From positions 1 through 42,879 of the IMG/VR virus record IMGVR_UViG_3300045988_132779: 42,879 nucleotides of DNA; one strand, written 5' to 3'. The notes under the pieces are model-generated. The model saw nothing but the letters and a program-made list of their open reading frames with translations, was not told the DNA's origin and did not search any database. Positions 32,377 through 41,470 of this stretch are shown here, piece after piece. This DNA comes from a virus. The first letter of the stretch is position 1, and every line of letters starts with the position of its first letter. A program made the translations under genes and the position numbers.

Positions 32377-32795
32377 TGCTTGCCCTCCAATAGCTGTTTG
32401 TCCTCAAAGATATTTCCAATGACCTCACATGTTTCAACACCACTTTGAAAAATGGTTGCAAGTGCATTTGCATCATAATTCCACGCTGCCGGTATGCCTG
32501 CCAAATCAAACGCTGGGTAGTCTTCATCGCCAAACCATTTTACGATTGCTACATATGATTCACCGTCTTCTCCGGTTGTGACTCTCAAAATATCGCCTTC
32601 GTAGATTTCTCGGCCGTTCTTGTCTTTGAGCCCAGTGTATTGCATGAGTTCATAGCTATCCGCAAGTTGTAATTCTGCATCATCCGCATCTTCGATAAGG
32701 CTCCAGAATCCGCTTGGGCCAAAATTCATAGCGGCAACATCAACCATAACTTTGTCTTTTTTGTTCCATGCTCTGAACTTAATCTCTCGTTTCAT
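32373..32795 (-). CDS. YopX-family protein
   Basis: MKREIKFRAWNKKDKVM...YTGLKDKNGREIYEGDIL...VIGNIFE is the YopX signature. Confidence 0.8.
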   Translation of the reverse strand: MKREIKFRAWNKKDKVMVDVAAMNFGPSGFWSLIEDADDAELQLADSYELMQYTGLKDKNGREIYEGDILRVTTGEDGESYVAIVKWFGDEDYPAFDLAGIPAAWNYDANALATIFQSGVETCEVIGNIFEDKQLLEGKQ

Positions 32796-32827
32796 TTCTC
32801 CGCCTCCCAATGTCGCGTGATGTATTC

Positions 32828-33037
32828 TTACTCAAATTTGATTGCTGGCATGTTCAGGTGCTCAATCAAGCCAAGGCGTTCCAACCGCTCATAGTTGAGA
32901 CGCTCGCAGTATAAATCTGCTTCGTACTGAGACTCGAATTCCTTGATTTTGGTTTCGCCATTGCGGCCCACAATCTTGAATTTCATTTTTTTATCCGTCC
33001 TATCCAGTTGGCTCATTTCTTCAAAATGTTCGCTCAT
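32828..33037 (-). CDS. Hypothetical early protein (69 aa)
   Basis: GGAGGCGGAG RBS. No motif recognised. Confidence 0.55.
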   Translation of the reverse strand: MSEHFEEMSQLDRTDKKMKFKIVGRNGETKIKEFESQYEADLYCERLNYERLERLGLIEHLNMPAIKFE

Positions 33038-33048
33038 TTCTCCGCCTC

Positions 33049-33309
33049 CTATAAGATGTCTCCGTCTACCAGAAGCATTGTAGGTACCTTAGCGTCCAAG
33101 TCTTCTTTAACCTCCTCGTAGGTGAGATTATCTCCGTCTTCCGTTTTTGAAGAAGCAATACGATGCAGTGCTTCTTCACGGGTTAACTCATTAAACTTTT
33201 CGGGATCATCATTATCCCCATACATTTGACGGAATAAATCAAGGGCTTCGTTAGTGTTGTTAGCAACGATCAAACTATAGAAAGGTTCTTCTGTTTCGTA
33301 GTATTTCAT
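33049..33309 (-). CDS. Hypothetical acidic early protein (86 aa)
   Basis: ATG at 33309 follows GGAGGAAGAAAA. ATGA overlap with the upstream gene. Confidence 0.55.
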   Translation of the reverse strand: MKYYETEEPFYSLIVANNTNEALDLFRQMYGDNDDPEKFNELTREEALHRIASSKTEDGDNLTYEEVKEDLDAKVPTMLLVDGDIL

Positions 33310-33662
33310 TTTTCTTCCTCCAATTCCACGATTTCCCCGGTTCCCTCGACACGCCAGATACCTAGCACCCATGCACGGGCAAAAACGTCTTCGCTGACGC
33401 GCGTTTCACCATCAAGCCCATCCTTTAACGAATGGTGCTTCCTTTTGCACCATATCAACCATTCACTAACGTCTTTCGGAATCACCGGCAGATCATCTGG
33501 CAAGGCAGTGTCATAACGATCTCGAGTTGATGCAATAATATTTCTAAGGTTTAATCTATCAGCCACACCATCGGTCGATATCTCATCAATGACCATATCT
33601 GCAGAATACATGTAGCTCTCCAACAGTCCTTCGAACACGTCCCGCTTCGTCTCATTGCTCAT
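33306..33662 (-). CDS. Hypothetical early protein (118 aa)
   Basis: Start lies in the conserved AAGAGGTGACTGACGATG junction. Confidence 0.55.
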   Translation of the reverse strand: MSNETKRDVFEGLLESYMYSADMVIDEISTDGVADRLNLRNIIASTRDRYDTALPDDLPVIPKDVSEWLIWCKRKHHSLKDGLDGETRVSEDVFARAWVLGIWRVEGTGEIVELEEEK

Positions 33663-33942
33663 CGTCAGTCACCTCTTGGCCATTAATTAATGGTGAAAAT
33701 GCCATGGCACCATAATCTATTCCGCCTTCATGATAAATAGTCGGCTCAAGTTTCCCAGATTCACCTAGCGTAAGCATGATTTTTGGCTTCATGGCCTTTA
33801 GAATAAGACCACGATCTTTTTCACTAATAGGGACGTCTGGAGCGTTAACAAACCTGATAAAGCCGGCATGTTCGTTAATCATCCACAATCGTTCAATATA
33901 ATCCGTGTTTACATAGTCACCGCTGTCTAGCTTAATCAGCAT
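33652..33942 (-). CDS. Hypothetical early protein (96 aa)
   Basis: Start lies in the second copy of the AAGAGGTGACTGACGATG junction. Confidence 0.55.
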   Translation of the reverse strand: MLIKLDSGDYVNTDYIERLWMINEHAGFIRFVNAPDVPISEKDRGLILKAMKPKIMLTLGESGKLEPTIYHEGGIDYGAMAFSPLINGQEVTDDEQ

Positions 33943-34477
33943 CGTCAGTCACCTCTTCTTTCTCGCAGTCTTGCAAGCCGTAATCTTCGATCTCTGATTC
34001 GGTGAACTGAGCCAATGAATCACTTTGGGCTTTGCTATGAAGAAACCATGCTACGGTTCCGGGATGAACCGTAGATCGGTATGCTTGAGCAAAATACTCA
34101 TGCTTCTTCTTATCGACAAGCACTTTGTAGACCAGATACTTCTTCTTCACGGTGTAGCCGTTGACGTAAGCATTCATCAGTAGCTCTTCTAAGCCATTAG
34201 AGTTACCACAATGATCAGTAATATACTTTGCTGGCCGTATATCATCATGCGCCTCCTTAACGACCTGGGCTTGTTCTTTGCTTAGCACTACCTTTTTAGG
34301 CTCATCAACGAACGTGACAACGTGGCCACCAGAGTTTCTTGCCACTTCGGTTGCTAAATCTTTATCGAGCGTTACTGGCACATCAACATTCGAGAAACTA
34401 AAAAATCCGTTTGTTTCACCAAAGTCCCAGTATTTTCCTTCATCGTTCTTTACCGCGTACAGTTTTTCTTCGCTCAT
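33932..34477 (-). CDS. Hypothetical early protein (181 aa)
   Basis: ORF with ATGA coupling. No confident motif. Confidence 0.55.
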   Translation of the reverse strand: MSEEKLYAVKNDEGKYWDFGETNGFFSFSNVDVPVTLDKDLATEVARNSGGHVVTFVDEPKKVVLSKEQAQVVKEAHDDIRPAKYITDHCGNSNGLEELLMNAYVNGYTVKKKYLVYKVLVDKKKHEYFAQAYRSTVHPGTVAWFLHSKAQSDSLAQFTESEIEDYGLQDCEKEEVTDDAD

Positions 34478-34659
34478 TTTTCGTCCTCTACTTTCTTGAT
34501 AATCAGTGGTTCCGGAATATCGACCTTAATGTTGTCGCCACGGCTGTTGTGCGATTCCGTGTGCTTGGCCATGTTCTCGTTTATCCAGCGGATACACTGA
34601 GATTGATACTTGGCTCGGTAATACTCGGTTCCTGTGTTAAAACCTGCTACTACGTACAT
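34474..34659 (-). CDS. Hypothetical 61-aa protein
   Basis: ATG at 34659 with GGAGG 7 nt upstream. Overlaps the end of the VRR-NUC gene. Confidence 0.5.
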   Translation of the reverse strand: MYVVAGFNTGTEYYRAKYQSQCIRWINENMAKHTESHNSRGDNIKVDIPEPLIIKKVEDEK

Positions 34660-34976
34660 TTGTGTGCCTCCAATAGTTTCACAGCATCGTCTGCCGATCT
34701 GCATACTCCGTAAATTACTTTTGTTCCTGATATAGCGGCCGCAAAACGTTTTTGATCTTCACGAAGTCTTCCTTTTTCGTTTTTGCATTCAACCAGTACA
34801 GCACGTCCGTCCGCCTTACGGACCGCCGTAATATCAGGCCACCCAGGCGGTGGTCCTGCGTTGAAAAGTCTTCCGTCCACAGTTCTTACAGTTCCTACGT
34901 TCGTTCTAGCGACAATGCAACCGTGTTCCGATAGTGCCAGCATGATTTCTGATTGAATGGCATGCTCTGATTTCAT
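34650..34976 (-). CDS. VRR-NUC domain nuclease (PD-(D/E)xK)
   Basis: GWPDITAV...AVLVECKNEKGRLREDQKRF is the VRR-NUC D...ExK motif. Confidence 0.8.
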   Translation of the reverse strand: MKSEHAIQSEIMLALSEHGCIVARTNVGTVRTVDGRLFNAGPPPGWPDITAVRKADGRAVLVECKNEKGRLREDQKRFAAAISGTKVIYGVCRSADDAVKLLEAHKCT

Positions 34977-34998
34977 ATATCCTCCTTAAAATTAGGAC

Positions 34999-35221
34999 GT
35001 GACGGATAATGTGACGGATGATTAGAATCCTCTAGGCCTACTCTCGCAACGCTTCTAATCTGTTTGTGACGGATGTGACGGATGAATCGAAAAACAAAGT
35101 TCATACTATACTTTTTTAATATTTACCTATATATACTTTTTAACTATTCATCCGTCACAAGAAAGAAATATAGGCTAAAGCCTTACAGCCGTAAGGGTTG
35201 TCGATAAAATTCATCCGTCAC
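34999..35221. repeat. Probable origin of replication: GTGACGGAT iterons + AT-rich unwinding region
   Basis: GTGACGGAT occurs as direct repeats at 34999, 35011, 35066 and 35075, and inverted (ATCCGTCAC) at 35150 and 35213. An AT-rich block at 35096..35146 contains duplicated TATACTTTTT(T)AA. Inverted repeat GATTAGAA/TTCTAATC at 35020/35053. Lies between the primase-helicase and VRR-NUC genes. Confidence 0.7.
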
Positions 35222-35228
35222 ACATCTT

Positions 35229-37529
35229 TCATATTTTTGCCCAATTTAAGCGCGGATCGGTTTTTTCTTTAATTCCTAAATACATCCGCCCGTTTCGCTT
35301 TCTAACGTATTCGAATTTCTTCTGCATTTCTGCACCAAACTTTTGTTTGCGCATCTTGTACTCACCCGATTTGTCGCACCAGTCAACATACGTTTGGTAA
35401 AGCTGACCAGCGGCGGCCTGATATCCGGGCCCTTTTTCACAGCAATCATTGACAAACAGTTCAAGAACATCCATTTCTGTTCGATACTCATTGCTTGCAT
35501 CCTTCACACTCTGCGGCGGCTCTAACCCTTCGCGCTGCCACTTAAGTGCTCCATCAACTGCCCAATTTAGAATCCCGATTGATTCACGTTCAAGCTTGTA
35601 TGTGAGTCTTTTGTCTACCTGATCCACTGGCACTTGATGAGTAAATGGAATCAGCATCAACCTCCGCCAGATACCATCATCTGTTCCTCGAATAATTGGC
35701 TTGTGGTTAGTTGACAGCCAAAGCTTGAATTCTGGTTTGAATTCGAACTCTGATCCGTATAAAAAACGTGCGGTAACAGATTCTCCTCCGGTTAACTCTT
35801 TGATAAGTCCTTCATCTAGTCGGACGCCTTCATTTGGTTCACTTGCAGATACCAGACGAGCTCCCTTTAGTCTTGCAATATCGCTGTTGGCACCCCCACT
35901 AGACTGCTGAACCATAATTGATTTAGCCTGCATCGTGCGTGAATAACTTCCGGCTATGTGTTTGATAGTATCCATGAAAACAGATTTACCATTTCGCCCT
36001 GATCCGTAAAGGATGAACATGACCTGCTCTTCAACTGATCCTGTCAATGAGTACCCGACTGCTTTTTGAATATAGTCAATTAATTCATTGTCTCCATTGA
36101 AAGTCTGATTCAAAAAGGCTTGCCATTCAGGACACTCAACAGTGTCTGAATATTCAACGTTTGATTTCTTTGAGAACATTTTCTTGATGTCATGCTCGTG
36201 AAGAGTCCCATCAGATAAATCAATATATCCGTTGTCGACATTCATTAAGGTTTGATCAGCATCAAATTCATCAGTTGTCACCGGTAGACGATGTTGAATC
36301 TCATCTTCAAGTGCTCTTTTAGCACGATTTCCACGACTGGTTTTGCAAAACTTTGCCCATTCCTTCTCAGCTTTTTCCGGATCAACATCAGGAGGAGTTT
36401 TTGGCTTTTCATTTTTCAAGTCAGCAACTACTTCGTCAATCATGGTTCGCAATAAGCCACGCTTATCAAGTTCCCAGAAGCTACCATTGTAGATATACCA
36501 AGCCTTATCGATATAGCTGTACCTTGCGACATCACCATATCGATCAACAAACCTATCTGCATTACCTGTGTCATCCCACGAACGAGGAGGAAACGCTTTT
36601 GGCTTACCAGTGTTAGTAATAAATCCAAGCTTATATTTAGGCTTTTCATGTTTCGGCTGATAAGTGTCACGCGCATCATTAATGGCTCGGTTGAGCGTTG
36701 AAACGCCGTAGGTTGTTTTTCCGTGCTTCTCGTCCCACTTTGGTCTCATTAACGATGAATGGCGGAATATACTGTCCATCCGTGTGAAATCTCTGCCTGT
36801 CCAAAATGCCAAGTCATTTGCGAATGCCAGATCAGCCTCCGATTGAGATGGATATAATGGTTCCCAGCCTCCGTTGAGCAGTTTCTTAATCCGATCACCA
36901 CTTTTAGATTTCAGCATTTTAATGATGATCTCATCTTCAGAAAGATTGTTAGGTACTAAATTGTACCTGCTGGGCAAATCGATGACGGTTTTTGGCTCCA
37001 AATACTTTGTATATATCCGCTTGAATTCCTCTTTTGTGGGAGAATTGATTGAATTAAACTTGCCAATCTCATCGCCAGTCATTGCAAAGAACCGCCCGCT
37101 TTGATACATCTCAACATTAGCTTTTCTTCGGCGTGTACCGGGTATTTCGCCTTTGACAATGATGTGAATACCAGTACCAGACATTGACCTTTCGGTATAT
37201 GACTTGAAAGTATTCATGAACTCCCATGCGACATTGTCGTCGGTTTGTCCCTTTTCTAGTCTCTCCAAATCATCGCCAATATGATCAACGTCAATTCCTA
37301 CATATCCGTTTGCAAAGAAAAATCCAAGTCCGTCAAGGTCATAAGCCTGTAATGCTGTGATTGCTTCTTCAAAAGTTACCCACTGTTTTGAGTCCGTTGA
37401 GCTTGTTTTTGTGCCAGTTAAGGCAGAATAAGGAATCTTAGTATATTTATTTTTTTCTGGTTGCCAGATTCGGTGAAAGCAGCCCCATTGTTTTAGGGAC
37501 CGTAGTTCTGCTGGAATGCGTTCATACAT
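35229..37529 (-). CDS. Bifunctional primase-polymerase / SF3 helicase (P4/D5-type phage primase)
   Basis: 766 aa. N-terminal prim-pol-like region (GIDVDH, SGTGIHI). Walker A GSGRNGKS. C-terminal D5/P4-type region. Confidence 0.88.
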   Translation of the reverse strand: MYERIPAELRSLKQWGCFHRIWQPEKNKYTKIPYSALTGTKTSSTDSKQWVTFEEAITALQAYDLDGLGFFFANGYVGIDVDHIGDDLERLEKGQTDDNVAWEFMNTFKSYTERSMSGTGIHIIVKGEIPGTRRRKANVEMYQSGRFFAMTGDEIGKFNSINSPTKEEFKRIYTKYLEPKTVIDLPSRYNLVPNNLSEDEIIIKMLKSKSGDRIKKLLNGGWEPLYPSQSEADLAFANDLAFWTGRDFTRMDSIFRHSSLMRPKWDEKHGKTTYGVSTLNRAINDARDTYQPKHEKPKYKLGFITNTGKPKAFPPRSWDDTGNADRFVDRYGDVARYSYIDKAWYIYNGSFWELDKRGLLRTMIDEVVADLKNEKPKTPPDVDPEKAEKEWAKFCKTSRGNRAKRALEDEIQHRLPVTTDEFDADQTLMNVDNGYIDLSDGTLHEHDIKKMFSKKSNVEYSDTVECPEWQAFLNQTFNGDNELIDYIQKAVGYSLTGSVEEQVMFILYGSGRNGKSVFMDTIKHIAGSYSRTMQAKSIMVQQSSGGANSDIARLKGARLVSASEPNEGVRLDEGLIKELTGGESVTARFLYGSEFEFKPEFKLWLSTNHKPIIRGTDDGIWRRLMLIPFTHQVPVDQVDKRLTYKLERESIGILNWAVDGALKWQREGLEPPQSVKDASNEYRTEMDVLELFVNDCCEKGPGYQAAAGQLYQTYVDWCDKSGEYKMRKQKFGAEMQKKFEYVRKRNGRMYLGIKEKTDPRLNWAKI

Positions 37530-37540
37530 TCTTAATCCTC

Positions 37541-38059
37541 CTAGAATGGCAAGTCGGAATCGTCAATTGGTTCACGAGGATGACTTGGTTGAGAATCATC
37601 CTTAAATTTGTGAGCAACTTGTGGATACTTGCTAGCATGAACGCTCCACGGGGCCACTGTGTTCCGATCACCATATTCAGGGTTTTTCTCAACTTTGACA
37701 TAAACTCGTACAGGCTTGTGATAAATAGCCTTGCAGAAATCATCGACGCTATTTAATGGAGTGCCTTCAGGGATCTTTGTCGCTTCCAATACATACTGGA
37801 GACCGTCCATATCGTATTGGTTCGTAGCTTTGCGCTTCCAGTTATCGAAAAAGACAACCCGGTTATGGTACTTTCCGTTTGTATTTGGCTCTGCTGCATC
37901 AAGATCATTGCGAACCGTGAGACGTAGCTGTAGTGATTCCGATCCATTCTTGGTTGAAATTTCACCGGCTTGCGTAATGACCATTTCATATTCACCCTGT
38001 GGAAGTGGTGAAAAATCGTTTTCCTGATTCTTGCTATAATCTGCGGTAATGAATGACAT
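37541..38059 (-). CDS. DUF669-family ssDNA-binding protein with an SSB-type acidic tail
   Basis: PLPQGEYEMVI... is a DUF669-like N-terminus. The C-terminus ...PIDDSDLPF mimics the SSB DDDIPF tip. Confidence 0.7.
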   Translation of the reverse strand: MSFITADYSKNQENDFSPLPQGEYEMVITQAGEISTKNGSESLQLRLTVRNDLDAAEPNTNGKYHNRVVFFDNWKRKATNQYDMDGLQYVLEATKIPEGTPLNSVDDFCKAIYHKPVRVYVKVEKNPEYGDRNTVAPWSVHASKYPQVAHKFKDDSQPSHPREPIDDSDLPF

Positions 38060-38060
38060 A

Positions 38061-38444
38061 TTAGTTTCCTCCTAAATATTTATGTTCGGCAGCTTTACGG
38101 GCTGCGATGGCTTCGTCTTTGGTATTGAATGTTCCAAGCCAAATCCTTTTTTTATTAATTTTGATGTAAGCGCCCCATTTTCCGGTGCGAAGCCTTGAAA
38201 CTCCGGAGTATCCAGAAGTGTTGTTACTTTGTAAATATTTACGTTGCACAGCATTAAGCTTGTTTCCTAATCCAATTCCAGTTGTGCTCCCACTGCGTAG
38301 TGCTTCGTACCAGTAAACTTTTAAATCTCCTGTACGGTTATTCCTAGCAAGAACACGTTGACTCTTCCCACGCACTTCGGCGTAACCCAAGACTTCAATA
38401 TTTCCGAATGTTTCACCGGTATGATCAATCGCTGGTCTACCCAT
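38061..38444 (-). CDS. AP2-domain DNA-binding protein (homing-endonuclease-associated type, no nuclease motif seen)
   Basis: SGYSGVSRLRTGKWGAYIKINKKRIWLGTFNTKDEAIAARKAAE is a canonical AP2 domain. Confidence 0.75.
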   Translation of the reverse strand: MGRPAIDHTGETFGNIEVLGYAEVRGKSQRVLARNNRTGDLKVYWYEALRSGSTTGIGLGNKLNAVQRKYLQSNNTSGYSGVSRLRTGKWGAYIKINKKRIWLGTFNTKDEAIAARKAAEHKYLGGN

Positions 38445-39821
38445 CTATGCTCGCTTCCTTTCCTTTAGCCATCCCCTAGCCACAATCTGGTGGTAAGCCC
38501 ACCCGGGTTTATAGCCGCGTGCCTTTGCAATTGCGTACATGTCTTCAGGTGACTCGGCATCTTTGGCTTTCATTTGTCCATATTTGGTTTTTGAATAGTC
38601 CGCAACCATTTTGAATACTTTCTTGTCTACCTTTTTTAATTTTGCCGTAGGATCAACTTCAAGATCAGCACCATCTGCTCTGAATGAATATCCGCAAAGT
38701 GGACATTGCTTAACCTGTGCAGGAACAATTCCGTAACATTTTGGACAGCTCTTGATCGCAGGTCCGTCTGATTTACCCCTGTGCTTTTCCTGCTTAGGTC
38801 GATCTTTAAGCGACCATTCACGGTCAGTATCAGGAAGACCAAAGCGATAAACGTTCGCAACGTGATCAATAATGATTGCTCTTTTGTTCGGCTTGTATCG
38901 CATGCCGCGCATTGACTGCTGAATGTCAAGGACAAGAGAAGCAGTTGGCCTCAACATGATGACAACCCCACATTCGGGAACATCAAAGCCTTCCGAGATG
39001 AGATCGACGTTTGATATGATTCTAATTTTTCCCTTTTTAAAGGCCGTCATCGCTTTATCACGATTCAAAGCAGGTGTTTTGCTATCAACATGAATGGCAG
39101 ATATACCGGCAGCGTTGAACGTTGCCGCAACACGCTTGCTTTCTTCGATACTGTGGGCATAGACAATAGCCTGACGTCCATTGGCCAGCTTCTGGTAATG
39201 ACTAACCACATCACCAAAAATCATCTTCGTATTCGCCTCATCAATCGACTTCGTGGAGTAATCACCAGTTGATGATTTCTTTAGCTTTTCAACGTCAATT
39301 AAGGTTGGCGCATAGTAGTCAAAAGGTGCTAAGTAGTGATGTTCAATTAGCCATTTCACTGTTGGACCCTCAACCATGGTTTCATAAACATCCCCCAGTC
39401 CCTTTCCTGAAAGTCTCCAGGGACTTGCTGAAAAACCTAAGCGTGGAACATCTTTATAAAATCCATAAATTTTTAGGTAAGTCTTTGCCAAGCTGTGATG
39501 CGTTTCATCAGTGATGATTAGGGTCGGTTTTGGCAATTTTCCTAAGCGTCTAGCAATTCTGCCAACAGTCATGATGGTGCATTTGTTCAAATCAACTCCG
39601 TTTGCAATAAATGTCTTCGTGATTTGATCAATAAGTTCTTTTCTGTGAACGGTGAACATCACGTGCCCGCCCTTCATGACTGCCAACCTAGCTATTTCAG
39701 CGATGATAACTGATTTACCAGATCCCGCTGGACTGACCAGCAGTACAGATTTGTGACCATCAGCCAGCTTTTCTCTTGCTTGATTAACTAACTCCTTCTG
39801 GTAAGGATGAAGCTGAAACAT
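38445..39821 (-). CDS. SF2 DEAD/DEAH-type helicase with a C-terminal zinc ribbon
   Basis: Walker A SPAGSGKS, DEAH-like ITDETHH, and CPKC...CPLC. ATG at 39821 with GGAGGTG 6 nt upstream. Confidence 0.88.
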   Translation of the reverse strand: MFQLHPYQKELVNQAREKLADGHKSVLLVSPAGSGKSVIIAEIARLAVMKGGHVMFTVHRKELIDQITKTFIANGVDLNKCTIMTVGRIARRLGKLPKPTLIITDETHHSLAKTYLKIYGFYKDVPRLGFSASPWRLSGKGLGDVYETMVEGPTVKWLIEHHYLAPFDYYAPTLIDVEKLKKSSTGDYSTKSIDEANTKMIFGDVVSHYQKLANGRQAIVYAHSIEESKRVAATFNAAGISAIHVDSKTPALNRDKAMTAFKKGKIRIISNVDLISEGFDVPECGVVIMLRPTASLVLDIQQSMRGMRYKPNKRAIIIDHVANVYRFGLPDTDREWSLKDRPKQEKHRGKSDGPAIKSCPKCYGIVPAQVKQCPLCGYSFRADGADLEVDPTAKLKKVDKKVFKMVADYSKTKYGQMKAKDAESPEDMYAIAKARGYKPGWAYHQIVARGWLKERKRA

Positions 39822-40506
39822 CACTATCACCTCCAAACTTAAAGAGGTCCTCAATGGCGCACGCAGTTCGATCATCCAAACGATTTTTGGCAAAAATTGC
39901 ATCTGAGCCTGCAAGGATAACTCCTCGGTGGCTTGTCTTTGTACTGATGACTACGCGTCCTACAACGTCCGTCAGGCCCAATAGCCCATCACGTACGCTG
40001 TCACGAATTGCTGGCGCATACTGGCTGAATGATTGCCCAGTTTCGCTTGTAACGTCTCGTGTGTTCTCCCAAGCGGTTACCAGCACATTAACTGGTGCGT
40101 CCATGAAGATCATGGTCATGATACGGGCAAAATAATTTGTCCATCTGGAGTAATCCTGAAGCTCGTTGCCAATGCCGTTTTTACTGTGCCTGCCCATCTC
40201 GACAAACCAGTCTTTTTCGAACGCTGATACGTTGTCGATCACCAGATTGTCATACCCAGAAACACGCTCAGCCAGATTTTTCAAAAATTCCTTCCATTCC
40301 TCGCTTGGTTTGCTTCGGTCAAATGGTTGCACATCGATATTCGGTGCACCTGATAGCACTTTTGAACTGTCATCCAGATCTAGCACGAGTGTTTTGCCAT
40401 TAAGATTGCGGATAGCTGATGTTTTACCGACGCCGGGCTTCCCATAAATCAAAACTCGCCAGTTCTTTGTTCGATCAATTGCAGATGCATGTTTAATTGG
40501 CTGCAT
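39784..40506 (-). CDS. AAA_24-type ATPase (Sak4-like recombination ATPase)
   Basis: Walker A YGKPGVGKTS, Walker B LVLDLDD/LVIDNV. Synteny with the Gp157-like and helicase genes. Confidence 0.8.
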   Translation of the reverse strand: MQPIKHASAIDRTKNWRVLIYGKPGVGKTSAIRNLNGKTLVLDLDDSSKVLSGAPNIDVQPFDRSKPSEEWKEFLKNLAERVSGYDNLVIDNVSAFEKDWFVEMGRHSKNGIGNELQDYSRWTNYFARIMTMIFMDAPVNVLVTAWENTRDVTSETGQSFSQYAPAIRDSVRDGLLGLTDVVGRVVISTKTSHRGVILAGSDAIFAKNRLDDRTACAIEDLFKFGGDSDVSASSLPEGVS

Positions 40507-40515
40507 AATTTCCTC

Positions 40516-41007
40516 CTACTTAATCAATAAATGCTCACCGCGTGGCTTAAGCTCAGCACCTAGCACTTTTTCTCCGGCTTCTAATCGCTCTCGAATCTTG
40601 TCCGTATCTGGTTCGCGTTTCACCTTGAATACATCAGCCTGCAAATTGTCTTGATCGATGTAAATTGGCTGTTTTCCGCCATTCTTAGCAACACTGATAG
40701 TGAATAGCGGTGTCTTGATTTTGCGTTGATTAGTTTCGTTCATTGCTTCAACCAACCGCTGTGAAATAGTACCGAGGTTAGATTGATAAGCTTTAATCCG
40801 TGCTTCGAAACGGTCACGTTCTTTTTTGTTAGCTTCAATATCGGCCTTGATTTGGCGAATAACCTGTGCATATCCTTCGGCTTTGTCATTAATTGCATCC
40901 ACGATTGAGTCCATGGTGTCGGCCAATACTTCGGGATCAGTTGTTCCATCTTCAGCTAGTTCTAATAAACTCGCATATTTTCCTTGTAAGTCGTATAATG
41001 TTGACAT
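40516..41007 (-). CDS. Siphovirus Gp157-family protein
   Basis: MSTLYDLQGKYASLLEL...DTMDSI...KAEGYAQVIRQIKADIEANKKERDRFEARIKAYQSN...LGAELKPRGEHLLIK matches the Sipho_Gp157 layout. Confidence 0.8.
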   Translation of the reverse strand: MSTLYDLQGKYASLLELAEDGTTDPEVLADTMDSIVDAINDKAEGYAQVIRQIKADIEANKKERDRFEARIKAYQSNLGTISQRLVEAMNETNQRKIKTPLFTISVAKNGGKQPIYIDQDNLQADVFKVKREPDTDKIRERLEAGEKVLGAELKPRGEHLLIK

Positions 41008-41024
41008 AATAATTTTCCTTTCTA

Positions 41025-41228
41025 TCAGTCGTTGGCATGCGGGCCAGCGGCTTTTTTCATGACTTGTTTGATAATGAATAGGATTGTGTCGGCGCCATCT
41101 TCCTGACCCATTGCGTATGTTTGCTTGGAGTCTGTATTGTCAGGACCATAATCATAAGCAACCTTGCGATATGCTGCGATCTGACGGTTAGCTTCGGCTA
41201 AAATGTGCTCGTATACTTCATTAGTCAT
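41025..41228 (-). CDS. Hypothetical 67-aa protein
   Basis: ATG with AAGGGGA upstream. Confidence 0.5.
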   Translation of the reverse strand: MTNEVYEHILAEANRQIAAYRKVAYDYGPDNTDSKQTYAMGQEDGADTILFIIKQVMKKAAGPHAND

Positions 41229-41232
41229 CACG

Positions 41233-41385
41233 TCATCCCCTTAGTTTCGCTAGTCGTGCACGTAACTTCTCATTCTGAGCAAGCAACATCTTTGCAATTG
41301 GTGTGTGGTTGCCGCGCATAATGTCTAACGTCAATCTGTTATGCTCTTTCAGCAAATCACCAATGGTACGTTCTTCTTCATTCAA
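41233..41385 (-). CDS. Possible 50-aa helical protein (TTG start)
   Basis: GGAGG lies 7 nt before the TTG. Fills the gap between annotated ORFs. Below the track cutoff. Confidence 0.4.
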   Translation of the reverse strand: MNEEERTIGDLLKEHNRLTLDIMRGNHTPIAKMLLAQNEKLRARLAKLRG

Positions 41386-41470
41386 TCCACTGCCTCCAAT
41401 TCCCACTGTGGCCTAAGCAGTGACCAATGATCACGCCGAAGGCACCACCAATTAGTAAATATTCAATCAT
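41378..41470 (-). CDS. Possible 30-aa TM peptide (MIEYLLIGGAFGVIIGHCLGHSGNWRQWIE)
   Basis: ATGA overlap with the DUF771-like gene. Confidence 0.35.
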   Translation of the reverse strand: MIEYLLIGGAFGVIIGHCLGHSGNWRQWIE

